From Squalus acanthias (lineage: Eukaryota), in the NCBI GenBank assembly GCA_030390025.1, contig CM059432.1, forward strand, positions 93,622,001 through 93,686,000: a stretch of DNA of 64,000 bases, read 5' to 3'. The notes beneath the pieces are model-generated. The model had not been told where the DNA came from, did no database searches, and saw only the letters and a list, made by a program, of their open reading frames with translations. Made by a program: the position numbers and the translations under genes. Positions 24,172 through 36,510 of the stretch are shown here, in pieces; positions within the stretch are counted from its first letter, which is position 1, and each line of letters opens with the position of its first letter.

Positions 24172-24648
24172 ATTACAACGGTTGAAAAGGAAGATACTAG
24201 CCAAACTTAAGGAGGACAAAATCCTGGGATCAGATGGATTGCACCCACAAATACTCAAAGTAACTAGGGAGGAGATAGTAGAAGCATTACTATCAATATA
24301 TAAAAATTCATTAGAAAGAGGAATAGTGCCAGAGGACTAGTGAACAGCAAATGTAATTCCTGTCATCAAAAGAGAGATAGATCTAATCCAGGGAACTATA
24401 GCTAGGTTAGTGATAGGAAAGATACTAGAATCTTTGCCAAAAGATCAGGTAACAAAATATGGAGAACATAAAAATTAGCATGGATTTTTGAAAAGGTCAC
24501 ATCTAATTAACCTTATTGAATTCTTTGAAGAAGTAACAGAAAGAGTAGACAAGAGCAATGCAGTGGTATACATGGCCTTTCAGAAGGACTTCGGTAAGGT
24601 CCCATCTAAGAACCTCATGACAAAGGTCAGGGCATGAGGGGTCAGGAG

Positions 24649-24803
24649 CGATGTTCCCTGTAAGTTTTTTTTGGGTGCGCAGCCCCTTTAGAGTGCTGAG
24701 CGGCCCATTCAAACTTCTGCGCATATGCGGTTTTTCCATTCAGAAACCGGCAAGTGGCCTGAGCGGGAGCTTCAGACAGCTGTGCAGCTAAACGGGAACA
24801 TTA
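24649..24803. mobile_element. Small hAT-type MITE
   Basis: TIRs CGATGTTCCC / GGGAACATTA; imperfect 8-bp duplication gtcaggag/atcgggag. Confidence 0.6.
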
Positions 24804-27149
24804 ATCGGGAGCCGTGTGGGCAAATGGATAGAAAGATGGCTACAAAACAGAAAACGGGGTAGGAATTAAGAGAAGTTTCTCGGACTGGCATAAAGTGGGA
24901 AGTGGTGTCCTGCAGGGATTTGTGCTGGGACAACTGTTGTTCGCCATATTATATAAATGATTTGGACTCAGAAATTGAAGTATGGTGTCAGAATTTGCTG
25001 ATGATACCAAATTGGGGGGTGGGTGGGTATAGCTAATAATGTGGAGGACTGCATCAAAATACAGGAAGACATAAACAGGCTTACAGAATGGGCAGATGAA
25101 TAGCAAATGAAATTCAATATAGCAAAGTGTGAGCTGGTTCATTTTGGAGGAGGAATAAGGAGGCCACTGAAAAACTAAATGGGGTAGAGGAGCAAAGAGA
25201 TCTGGGAATACGGATACATAAATTGCTAAAAGTAGCAATGCCAGTTCATATGACCATAAAGAGTGCAAACAAAGTACTGTGGTCCATTTCTAGAAGAGTA
25301 GAATACAAAAGCAGGGAGGTAATGTTAAATTTGTATAGAACTTTGGTTAGATCACACTTGGAGTACTGTGTGCAGTTCTGGACTCCATACTACAAAAAGG
25401 ATATTGAAGCACAAGAGAAAGTACAGGAAAGATTTACATGGATGTTGCCAGAATTGAGAGGAAGCAACTATCAAGAGAAATTGAGCAGGATGGGCTATTT
25501 TTTCTGGAAAAGGCAAGATTAAGAGCAGATTTAATAGAGGACTTAAAATTAAGAAGGAGTTCGATAGGGTGGATGTGGAAAAACTGTTTCCATTTGTGGG
25601 TGAGCCCAGTACAAGGGGGAATAAATATGCGATATCCACTAACAGATCAAATGGAGAATTTAGGAGGAATGTCTTTACACAGAGAGTGGTGAGAATGTGG
25701 AACTTGCTGCCACATGGAGAGGTTGATAAGATTGATGCATAAATGAGAGTGTACAGAAGAGATTTACTAGAATGGTTCCAGGGATGAGGGAATACAGTTA
25801 CGTGGATAGACTCGAGAAGCAAGGGTTGTTCTCCTTGGAGCAGAGAAGGCTAAGAGGAGATTTGATAGAGGTGTTTAAAATCATGAAGGATTTAGAAACA
25901 GTAAATAAAGAGAAATGGTTTCCAGTGGCTGAAGGGTCGATTAATGAGAGGGCACAGATTGACAAGATGATTGGTGATTGGCAAAAGGATCAGAGGCGAC
26001 ATGAGGAAAAATGTTTTTACACAACAAGTGGTTGGGATTTGGAATGCACTGTCTGATAGGGTGGTGGATACAGATTCAATAGTAGCCTTCAAAAGGGAAT
26101 TGGATAAATACTTGAAGGAGAACAAATTGCAGGGATATGGGGAAAGAGCGGAGGAGTGGGACTAACTGGATTGCTCTTCGAAAGAGCCGGCGCAGACTCA
26201 ATGGACCGAATGGTCTCCTTCTGTGCTGTACTAGTCTATGATTCTTTGAGGGAGAAGGGAATAGAAAAATACGGGTGCAAGGTGGAAAGAGGTAATTAGA
26301 GTGGGAGGATTTTCATGTGGAGTATAAACACCAGCATAGACCAGTTGGGACGAATGGCCCGTTGCTGTGCTGTAGATTCTAGGTAAGATTTATTTATGAG
26401 CGGTGGTCTAGGAACACTCCTCAGAAAAAAAACTTTGTTTTAACACTTGTTACAGTTGCCAGTACATTTTTTTAAATTTTAGTAACTTGTATCACAACCT
26501 GTGGATCACCGATGAAGTGTAGTCACTATTACATATACAAACACAACAGCAATGTCCCACAGAGGAAGTATATGACCAGTTAATCTGTTTCTGATGTCAT
26601 GGTATCTTTAATGTCCATCTAAACAGCCAGATAGGGCCTTGATTAATATCTCATTTGGCACTTCTGACAATGCACCTTCTCCAGACATTCTGATTATTGC
26701 CAGAGATTTGAGATTTTGTGGGCTTTGCATTATTTCATGTCACATCCTAGCCTCTTTGAAGTATGCTATTAATAGAAGCTGGTGGGGAGGGAATTTGAGA
26801 GTTTAGTACCTGGTAAAGTTAGCAATCCTAAATTGGTCATCACATTTCATATAAGCTGCAATTGGTTTATTATGTGTATTTATTCTAGTACATAAGTGTG
26901 TGTGTTTATGGGTCCAGTAATTTGAATTCAAGTAAAACTAGGTTTTGCTAACTGCTAAAGAAGTACTTGAAACCATTTTCCTGAAAATTTGGCATGTCTC
27001 ACAAATGTGACACCTGTACATGTATTATTATAGCAGTTTATGATAGTGTACATCTCACAAGAATAGAGAAAAACATGAAAAGACTTTCTAGTTTAACATT
27101 TTGGCAAAGTTTGTGTCCATTTACATTTCATTTCCAACTTGTTTTGCAG

Positions 27150-27262
27150 AGAATTTCTTGCTGCAATAGGAACAGAAAAGGCACGCCTAACAAACTCCAA
27201 CTGTCGGATTGTAGCCGATGTAAAGCATGATGAGACGGAGCCTGTTATAGCTGTCACATTCA
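27150..27262 (+). CDS. MRPL53: MRPL53 coding exon 2 (EFLAAIGTEKARLTNSNCRIVADVKHDETEPVIAVTF)
   Basis: ttttgcag acceptor and A|gtaagt donor; aligns with human [37 protein letters not shown] (recalled); phases consistent. Confidence 0.96.
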
Positions 27263-28191
27263 GTAAGTTTTGCTCCCTCTTTTTGCCCATTAAAGGTGTA
27301 GGTATCAGAATAGTAAAAGGAAACCCACATCCCATTCCCCAGAAGCCCAGAGGCTTGTCACTGTAAACAAAGTAAGCGAATAAATGTTTGTAACAGTCAC
27401 AGGTTCAATAAACATAACCCTGTTCTTTTGGAATTTATCTGATCACAGGTAACTTTGTTTAGAGATACAGTTTTAGGTATTAATGTGCAGCTTTCAAAGA
27501 GCCACTCTGCATTTTTCATCCAACCTTTGTTTCATTATCTGGGGACTGATGTCCTTTATATAATTTTCCCATAACTGATCGTCAGTCTGAGCTACTGGCT
27601 AATCTCTGCTATTGACCATAAATTGCCTTTTCTGGTTCATGGTCATCCTCTAATCATGTTTTTGAGCCACATAGACCAGTATAAAGTTGGACTGCTCCAG
27701 GTGAAGTCTGGAAGCTTTTACATGGCGTGACAGAACTTGAATAAACACGTTTACGCAGAGCTGAGCAATTTTTTTTCATTTTATTTTAAATAACAATTAT
27801 GTTTATTTGGGAACTAGATTGCTAGAGGTGTATTTTGTCTGAAATAATTTGGAAGAGATTGTTTTATGGAGATAGTTACTGATCAGTAGATTTGAAAATT
27901 AAAATTGGTATCAGCCTTCTTTAATTTGAGTAGGTTGGTTGATCAATGTAGTTGAAAGAGGCTGATTGTAAATCAACAGACTAGTTCATTTTTCATGAAA
28001 TCTACAAGTAAACAGACACAAATTTCCAGTGAGGTACACCTATTTCCTACTGCTCTCATGTCATGTAAAAAAACAAAATATGTAAATTTCTAGACAGAAT
28101 CCACTTACAAACTAGCTGTCCTTAGACTAGCTGACACCTAACTTTCTCTGTTTTAGGCCATCCATGTTCATACCAAAGCTTGGAATCTCTG

Positions 28192-28775
28192 TCATAGAAT
28201 AGAATCATAGAATGATACACATAGAAGGAGACCATTCAGCCTGTCGTGCCTGTGCTGGTTCTTTGAAAGAGTTATCCAATTAATCCCACTCCCCTCTCCT
28301 TTCCCCGTAGCCCTGCAAATTTTTCCCCTTCAAGGATTTATCTAATTCCCTTTTGAAAGTTATTATTGAATCTGCTTCCACCACCTTTCAGGCAGTGTGT
28401 TCTAGATCTAAACAACTTGCTGCATAAAAAAAATTTTTTTTCCTCATCTCACCTCTGGTTCTTGTGCCAGTGAGGTACATCACTCTGACTGACTAGAGAA
28501 CAAGGTACTTCTGTGCTCTACAACCCTCTGAGAACTCTGCGTTCTCCCAATTCTGGCCTCTTGTGCATCCCCCACTTCCTTTGCTCCACTATTGGCGGCC
28601 GTGCCTTCAACCGTCTAGGCCTTAAGCTCTAGAATTCCCTCCCTAATCCTTTATGCCTCTCCACCCCTCTCTTGTCCTTTAAGACCATCCTTAAAGCCTT
28701 ACTCTTTGACCAATCTTTTAGTCTCCTCTCCTTTGGCTGGGTGTCAACTTTTGTCTGATTACGCTAGTGTGAAGC
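28192..28775. mobile_element. CR1 3' end (minus, 28192-28470) and L2 3' end (plus, 28515-28775)
   Basis: (ATTCTATG)n tail; match to other L2 3' ends in the window. Confidence 0.7.
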
Positions 28776-29574
28776 GCCAACCTCAGTTTCGCAACCTCAT
28801 TTGTGCTGATTTGGGAAATGTGGTGCAGAGGCCAAATGTCTGTTTGCAAGAGAGGAATAATTCGATAGGGAGCGTTCATTGCCCGACACTTGAACATCTC
28901 CTGGTGGCCAATCAACAATAACATTGGTGATGGTTTGACAGGAAGCAGTCTGCACATTCCTGCCAACTGAACCATACCATGTCCGAGGGGAGTTAATAAG
29001 GAAAGAAAACAGAAGAAAGTTTGATGATGATGCAACTTACTGTGTCAGAGTAGAATGTATGTTTGTGCCAATAATCTGGACCTGGTGTAGAATGTTCTAT
29101 TATATACAATTTTATCAATCTGTTCTTTAAACATTTGTTTATATAAACTGTACCTTTATTAGTCTGTAGCCTAAATGCACACATTAAGCTGGCCTGTCAT
29201 AGAGTATATCAAAATTTCACATCACTTTCCTATCGGTAAGAAATTGATTTGAAATGTTGCCTTGGTTTGAATAATATTTTTCTAATGCACCAAGGGGATC
29301 AGTACTGACTGCATTTTCAACAGTAACATGAGCAGTCTGCCGCAGTTATACAGCCCACACACGTTGCTATCGAGTTGAGTAGAAGTAGTACCGTGGGTGC
29401 ATGCATGAAGACTTTATTAATGGTGAAATTGGTCATTCGTAGAGAAATTCCTAATGATTGAAAAGACTGAACAGGATAAGCTGACTCCTTAGTTAGGAGA
29501 AAACAAATAGTATAATAGCTTACAGTTTTTCCTTGAACTTCTTAAAAGATTTTAAAATTGCACTGTCTGCATTT

Positions 29575-30310
29575 ACAACAGTAACTTACATTTATATAGC
29601 TCCTTTAACAAAGAAAAAATGTCCCAAAGTGCTTTGCAGAGACACAAGGGGAAGAAATGGACATCACTCCAAAGGAGGAGAGATTAGCAGGGGTTACTAA
29701 ACCCTTGGTAAAGAGGTGAGTTTTAAACATGGTCTTGAGGGAGGCAGAGGAGCTTTGGGGAGGGAATTCCAGAGCCCGGGGCCTCGGTGTCTGAAGGCAC
29801 AGCCTAAAGATAGAGCGAATGGAGAGAAGAATGCACAAGACACTAGAGACACAGATAAGAATTTTAAATTTGAGGTGTTGGAAGACCGGGAAGCAATGCA
29901 GGTTGGGAAGGACAGGGGTGATGAGTAAGCAGGACTCTGCGAGATAGGGCAACAGAGTTTTGAATAAGCTGAAGTTTTTGGAGGGTGGATGACAGAAGGC
30001 CAGACGGAAGAACATTGGAGTAATCGAATCTGGAGGTGACAAAGGAATAGATGAGGGTTTCGCTAGCAGTTTGACTGAAGTAGGGGGCAGAGGCAGGTGA
30101 TGTTATGGAGGCGGATATGGGCAGTCTTTGTGATTGAGAGCATATGGGGCTGGAAGCTAAGCTCGACGTTGAATAGGATGACAAGGTTGTGAACAATCTG
30201 GTTCAGCCTGAGATAGTAGCTGGAAAGGGCATGGAATTGGTGTGAGCGTATGGAGTTTGTGGTAGGGACCGAAGACGACTGCCTTCAGTCTTCTTAACAC
30301 TTAGCTGTAG
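29575..30310 (-). mobile_element. L2 LINE 3' fragment
   Basis: SETLIYSFVTSRFDYSNVL..LQLIQNS peptide; L2 tail. Confidence 0.8.
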
Positions 30311-30659
30311 TTGATGAGCACATGTAGTACAACTGTTGGCTTTATCTTACAACTTTCTAGAAAGTTGTATTGCTCTTTACCATCACTAAAACACAAAGAT
30401 CATGCCAGATTGGTAACAACTCTCTGAAGAAAAGCTTTTACGTGACCCATGGAGTTCTCCATTGCCTCAAGCCTGTATAGAAGTGCTATAAAAAAGCAAC
30501 TAAATAGCATAGAGTGACAAGTAGTTTATAAGCCTTTATTCCCTTTTGAAGTTGATCTGGATAAAAAGGAAGATTAAATGGGTAACTTCACAATTAATCA
30601 AAACCGTCTATTGAAAATAGATTTCGGAGGCACCAAATACCGAAAGGCAAAAAGAAATA

Positions 30660-31423
30660 GGCCCAGAAATTAAACAGTGAGGGTTCCCGCGGGGGTAAGG
30701 AATCCCCGCGATATCGCACTCCGCGCCTACCTTTTTGCTCCGGGCCCACACGAACTTTAGTCTGAAAGGCTCTCTCTCTTGGAACCGTGCAGTGCTTGCG
30801 TGACCCAGAGACGCAATTAGTTTGTGCGAGCTCTGGGATCATGTGATTCAGTTAGAGCCAATGGCAGCACACCATCTTTCATTCATAGTTTTGACAGGAA
30901 GACCTGTCAAAGCTATGAATACTATACCCCCCCAAAAGAACAGCTAAACCTCAATTAAATTTTTTAAAAAGCCATCACATTAACAAAATAAGTATAGTTA
31001 AATAAATTAACCACTTTAAACAAAAAATTAAATTTTTGAAAAAATTTAAAATCTTTTTAAAAGTTATAAAAATAAACTTACCTTTCTTTAAAGTCTCTAA
31101 AAAAGATAAACCTGTTGAAAAAATTTTAAAATAACACTTAATTAACTACTTACCTTGTAAAAAGGGGGTCCTACGCCTGCTTTCTTTATGTGCAAAATGT
31201 TCACCACTTACCTGCGCGTTCAAAGCTGAAAAAATAACTAAGTGCACTGCGTGCGCACAGCCTGTAGCGCGCACGCGGTTCACTTAGGAACCGCCCCCTT
31301 TTGAATTCACGAAGTGCCGGTTTCCCGCGCATGCGCAGTGCATGCAGGAAACCGGCAATTGGAGACCTAATACACGAGAGTACACAGTGTGTACTCTCGC
31401 ATATTAGGTCTAATTTTCGGGCC
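30660..31423. mobile_element. Harbinger-type MITE in MRPL53 intron 2
   Basis: TIRs GGCCCAGAAATT / AATTTTCGGGCC; ATA duplication; homologue of 1145-1880. Confidence 0.8.
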
Positions 31424-32356
31424 ATAATCTTGTGATATGACGCACATTAGAATTGGAGTACAAACACTGCCACTATCTCCATTGTGTCCCAGGGCTGGGA
31501 AGGGAGCAAAAATTGATGAGGGTTCCTGTTCTTGACAACTGTCAGTAACCCCTGTTAGAATAATATTATGGATGCTGGGTGAGGACAGGACTAGGCTCGA
31601 CTATGATGGCCCCTGTTGTTGAATATGTTATCACCCTTCACTCTGCATGCTTCCAGCTGAAGTGGAACAGCGAAACAGAATGAGTCACCACCTTCAAAAG
31701 AGGGATAAGGAGGAGAAAATGGAGGAGGAAAAAAAGGTTCTAGCGAGTAAGAGTTAACAGCATGAAACTGTCCGTAATTGACCTTAACTTTCTCAGAGAA
31801 GCCATAAAGGGTGGCTGGTGTGAGAAATGAAACTTCGATGCTGTTGTACTAACGAGACAGCAGAGGTGTGGTGGGGGGGAGGGTGGAGGTTAAGTTGCAT
31901 TTTCGGGGCAGAGTAGAGGAATGCTTGATGCTGATTTTAAAAGTATTCCACTCCCTATACTGACATCTTGATCAGTACAAAGTACACCCCTCTCCAACTT
32001 AAGTTTAAAATCAGAAAGGGAAGCTGAACTAATGCTAGTCCATGTTTATTATGGCATGCAGCTGCCTCTCAAAACAAAAGCATTTTTGTCTAATACAAAA
32101 GGGAAACTAAAACTGCACCCAGGATCTATAGTTGTTGGATAAGTTCACAAAACCACAACTGCCATCATTTCATTAATGTCAGCAGTCAAAGTGTGGCTCA
32201 GGATTACATTATGGTCTTTGAGAAATTCACCACAGGTTAGGGTGACAAACCAAGACATGGCTGAGGTGTTAAATGGATACTTCACATCTGTATGAAGTGG
32301 CAACATATTAAGGTGCTACCAAAATTAAGTCTTGGAAGTTAAGGCAGAAATAATCC

Positions 32357-34990
32357 TTTTTTTTATATCCCTGGCAAGGTCAGCATTTATTGCTCATCCC
32401 TAATCTCCCTTGAGAAGGTGGTGGTGGTGAGCCACCTTCTTGAACTGCTGCTGTCCGTGTGGTGAAGGTACTCCCATAGTGCTGTTAGGGAGGGAGTTCC
32501 GGGATTTAGACTCAGCAATGATGAAGGAATAGTGATATATTTCCAAACCAGGATGGTGTGTGACTAGGAGGGAAACTTGCAGATGATGGTGTTCCCATGT
32601 GCCTGTTGCCCTTGTCCTTCTAGGTGATAGAGGTCGTGGGTTGGGGAGATGCTGTTGAAGAAGCCCTGGCGAGTTGCTGCAGTGCATCTTGTAGATGGTA
32701 CACACTGCAGCCATGGTGCGCCGGTGGTGGAGGGAGTGAATGTTTAATGTGGTAGATAGGGTGCCAATCAAGATAATGAAGTAGTCCATGTCCGCATGCA
32801 GCAAGACCTGGATGACATTTAGGCTTGGGCTGATAAGTGGCAAGTAACATTCGCGCCACACAAGTGCCAGGCAATAACTATCTCCAACAAGCGAGAGTCT
32901 ATCCACCGCCCCCTGACATTCAATGGCATTACCATCGCCGAATCCCCCACCATCAACATCTTGGGGGTCTGCATTGACCATAAACTTAACTGGACCAGCC
33001 ACATAAATACTATGGCTACAAGAGCAGGTCAGAGGCTGGGTATTCTGTGACGAGTGTCTCATAAGAACATAAGAATTAAGAGCAGGAGTAGGCCATACGG
33101 CCCCTCGAGCCTGCTCCGCCATTCAATAAGATCATGGCTGATCATCGACCTCAACTCCACTTTCCCGCCCGATTTCCATATCCCTTGATTCCCCTAGAAT
33201 CCAAAAACCTATCTATCTCAGCCTTGAATATACTCAAAGACTCAGCATTCACAGCCCTCTGGGGCAGAGAATTCCAAAGATTCACAACCCTCTGAGTGAA
33301 GAAATTCCTCCTCATCTCAGTCTTAAATGGCCTACCCCTTATCCTGAGACTATGCTCCCTAGCTCTAGACACTCCAGCCAAGGGAAACAACCTCTCTGCA
33401 TCTACCCTGTCAATCCCCTTCAGAATCTTGTATGTTTCAATGAGATCACCTCTCATTCTTCTAAACTCCAGAGAGTATAGGCCCAATCTACTCAATCTTT
33501 CATCATAGGACAGCCCTCTCATCCCAGCAATCAATCTAGTGAACCTTTGTTGCACCGCCTCCACGGCAAGTATATCCTTCCTTAGATAAGGAGACCAAAA
33601 CTGTGCACAGTACTCCAGGTGTGGTCTCACCAAGGCCCTGTACAATTGTAGCAAGACTTCCTTACTCTTATACTCCAACACCCTTGCAATAAAGGCCAAC
33701 ATGCCATTTGCCTTTCTTATTGCTTGCTGTACCTGCATGCTAGTTTTCTGTGTTTGTTGCACGAGGACACCCAAATCTCTCTGAACACCAACATTTGAAA
33801 GTTTCTCACCATTTAAAAAATATTCTGTTTTTCTGTTCTTCCTACCAAAGTGAATAACCTCACATTTCCCCACATTATACTTCATCTGCCACCTTACTAC
33901 CCACTCACTTAGTCTAACTATATCCCTTTGCAGACTGTGTTCTCCTCACAGTTTACTGTCCCACCTAGCTTTGTATCATCAGCAAACTTGGACACATTAC
34001 ACTCGGTCCCTTCATCTAGGTCATTAATATAGGTTGTAAATAGCTGAGGCCCCAACACTGATCCTTGCGGCACCCCACTATTTACAGCCTGCCAACCTGA
34101 AAAACATCCATTTATCCCTACTCTCTGTTTTCTGTCCATTAACCAATCCTCTATCCATGCTATTATATTACCCCCAACCCCATGAGCCCTAATCTTGTGT
34201 AATAATCTTTTATGTGGCACCTTATCGAATGCCTTTTGGAAATCCAAATATACTACATCCACTGGTTCCCCTTTATCTACCCTGCTAGTTACATCCTCAA
34301 AAAACTCTAATAAATTTGTCACCTCCAAAGCCTTTCCACCATCTACAAGGCACAAGTCAGGAGTGTGATGGAATACTCTCCACTTGCCTGGATGAGTGCA
34401 ACTCCAACAACACTCAAGAAGCTCGACACCATCCAGGACAAAGCAGCCCGCTTGATTGGCACCCCATCCACCACCTTAAACCTACATTACAACAGTGACT
34501 ACACTCAAAAAGTACTTCATTGGCTGTTAAGCACTTTGAGTCGTCCGATGGTCGTCTAAAGCTTTATATAAATACAAGTCTTTTTCTTTCTTTCTTTTAA
34601 ATATTCACTCACCCCACCACTGGCGCACCGTGGCTGCAGTGTGTACCATCTACAAGATGTACTGCAGCAACTTGCCAAGCTTCTTCGACAGCACCTCCCA
34701 AACCCGCGACTTCTACTACCTAGAAGGACAAGGGCAGCAGGCGCATGGGAACAGCATCATCTGCAAGTTCCCCTCCCAAATCACACACCATCCTGACTTG
34801 GAAATATATTGCCGTTCCTTCATCGTCGCTGGGTCAAAATCCTGGAACTCCCTACCTAACAGCACTATGGGAGTGCCTTCACCATATGAACTGCAACGGC
34901 TCACCATCACCTTCTCGAGGGCAATTAGGGATGGGCAATAAATGCTGGCCTTGCCAGCGTCGCCCACATCCCAGGAATGAATTAAAAAAA
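32357..34990. mobile_element. Two back-to-back LINE-B 3' fragments (32357-32770 minus; 32771-34990 plus, split by CR1 and an L2-type tail at ~34481-34598)
   Basis: [37 protein letters not shown] 3' tails at both outer ends. Confidence 0.8.
33062..34318 (-). mobile_element. CR1 LINE, 5'-truncated
   Basis: ORFs 33151-33885 and 33918-34355; (TTCTTATG)n tail. Confidence 0.9.
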
Positions 34991-34994
34991 TTAG

Positions 34995-36510
34995 CGAGCT
35001 GCTTTGTCCTGACCTCTTTGTGCTCATCTTGTCCATGAGACCCACTTCCTGCTCCCTCGACCCTATTCCCACCAAACTGCTGACCACCCAACTTCGTTTT
35101 CTGGCTCCCATGTTAGCTGACATTGTTAACGGTTCTCTCTCTTCAGATACTGTCCCCCCTCTCCCTCAAATCTGACGTCATCACCCCTCTCAAACAAAAC
35201 AACCCTTGACCCCCTCCATCCTTGCAAACTACCGCCCCATCTCCAACCTCCCTTTCCTCTCCAAAGTTCTTGAACGTGTTGTCCCTCCCAAATCCATGCC
35301 CATCTTTCCCACAACTCCATGTTTGAATCCCTCCAATCAGGTTTCTGCCCCTGTCACAGTACCGAAACGGCTCTCATCAAAGTCACAAATGACATCCTTA
35401 TCTATCTAAGCATAGCCAGAGAATCACCTGCAACGGCTTCTCTTCCTGCTCCTGCATCGTTACCTCTGGTGTCCCCCAAGGATCTATCCTTGGCCCCCTC
35501 CTATTTCTCATCTACATGCTGCCCCTTGGCGACATCATCCGAAAACACAGCGTCAGTTTCCACATGTACGCTGATGACACCCAGCTCCACCTCACTACCA
35601 CTTCTCTCGACCCCTCCACAGTCTCTAAATTATCGGACTGCTTATCCAACATCCAGTACTGGATGAGCAGAAATTTTCTCCAATTAAGTATTGGGAAGAC
35701 TGAAGCCATTGTTTTCGGTCCCCGCCACAAACTCCGTTCCCTAGCCATTGACTCCATCCCTCTCCCTAACATCTGTCTGAGGCTAAACCACACTGTTCGC
35801 AACCTTGGTGTCATATTTGACCATGAAATGAGCTTCCGACTACATTTCAGTGGCATAACTAAGATCGCCTATTTCCACCTCGTAACATCGCCTGTCTCCG
35901 CCCTTGCCTCAGCTCATCCACTGCTGAAACCCTCATCCATGTCTTTGTTACCTCTAGACTAGACTATTCCAACGCACTCCTGGCTGGTCTCCCACATTCT
36001 TCCCTACGTAAACTTGAGGTCATCCAAAACTCGGCTGCCCGTGTCCTAACTCGCACCAAGTCCCGTTCACCCATCACCCCTGTGCTCGCTGACCTACTTT
36101 GGCTCCCGGTTAAGCAACACCTCAATTTCAAAATTCTCATCCTTGTTTTCAAATCCCTCCATGGCCTCGCTCCTCCCTATCTCTGTAATCTCCTTTAGTC
36201 TCTGCGCTCCTCTAATTCTGCCCTCTTGAGCATCCCTGATTATAATCGCTCAACCATTGGTGGCTGTGCCTTCTGTTGCCTAGCCCCATAGCTCTAGAAT
36301 TCCCTGCCTAAACCTCTCCGCCTCTCTACCTCTCTTTCCTCCTTTAAGACTCTCCTTAAAACCTACCTCTTTGACCAAGCTTTTGGTCACCTGCCTTAAT
36401 TTCTCCCTATGTGGCTCACTGTCAATTTTTTTGTCTTTTAATGCTCCTATGAAGTGCTTGGGACATTTTACTACGTTAAAGGCGCTATATAAATACAAGT
36501 TGTTGTTGTT
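34995..36510 (+). mobile_element. L2 LINE (RT + C-terminus + tail)
   Basis: NYRPISNLPFLSKVLERVV, HSTETAL, FHMYADDTQL; ataaatacaagttgttgttg tail. Confidence 0.9.

Larger units (their letters stand above)
21030..26375 (+). mobile_element. Old near-full-length CR1 (ORF1 esterase-like remnant + ORF2), interrupted by three MITEs and a younger CR1 3' piece (~25760-26245)
   Basis: LGAKLKSRTSRVLIS.LLP..LNVWLKEWCGKEGF (CR1 ORF1); MGDF, SDHN, DGLHP.ILK, HLEYCVQFW; collinear. Confidence 0.82.

Noticed and set aside
28718..29035. Possible nested antisense exon in MRPL53 intron 2
   Set aside because: No recognisable product, and the ORF runs into an L2 fragment
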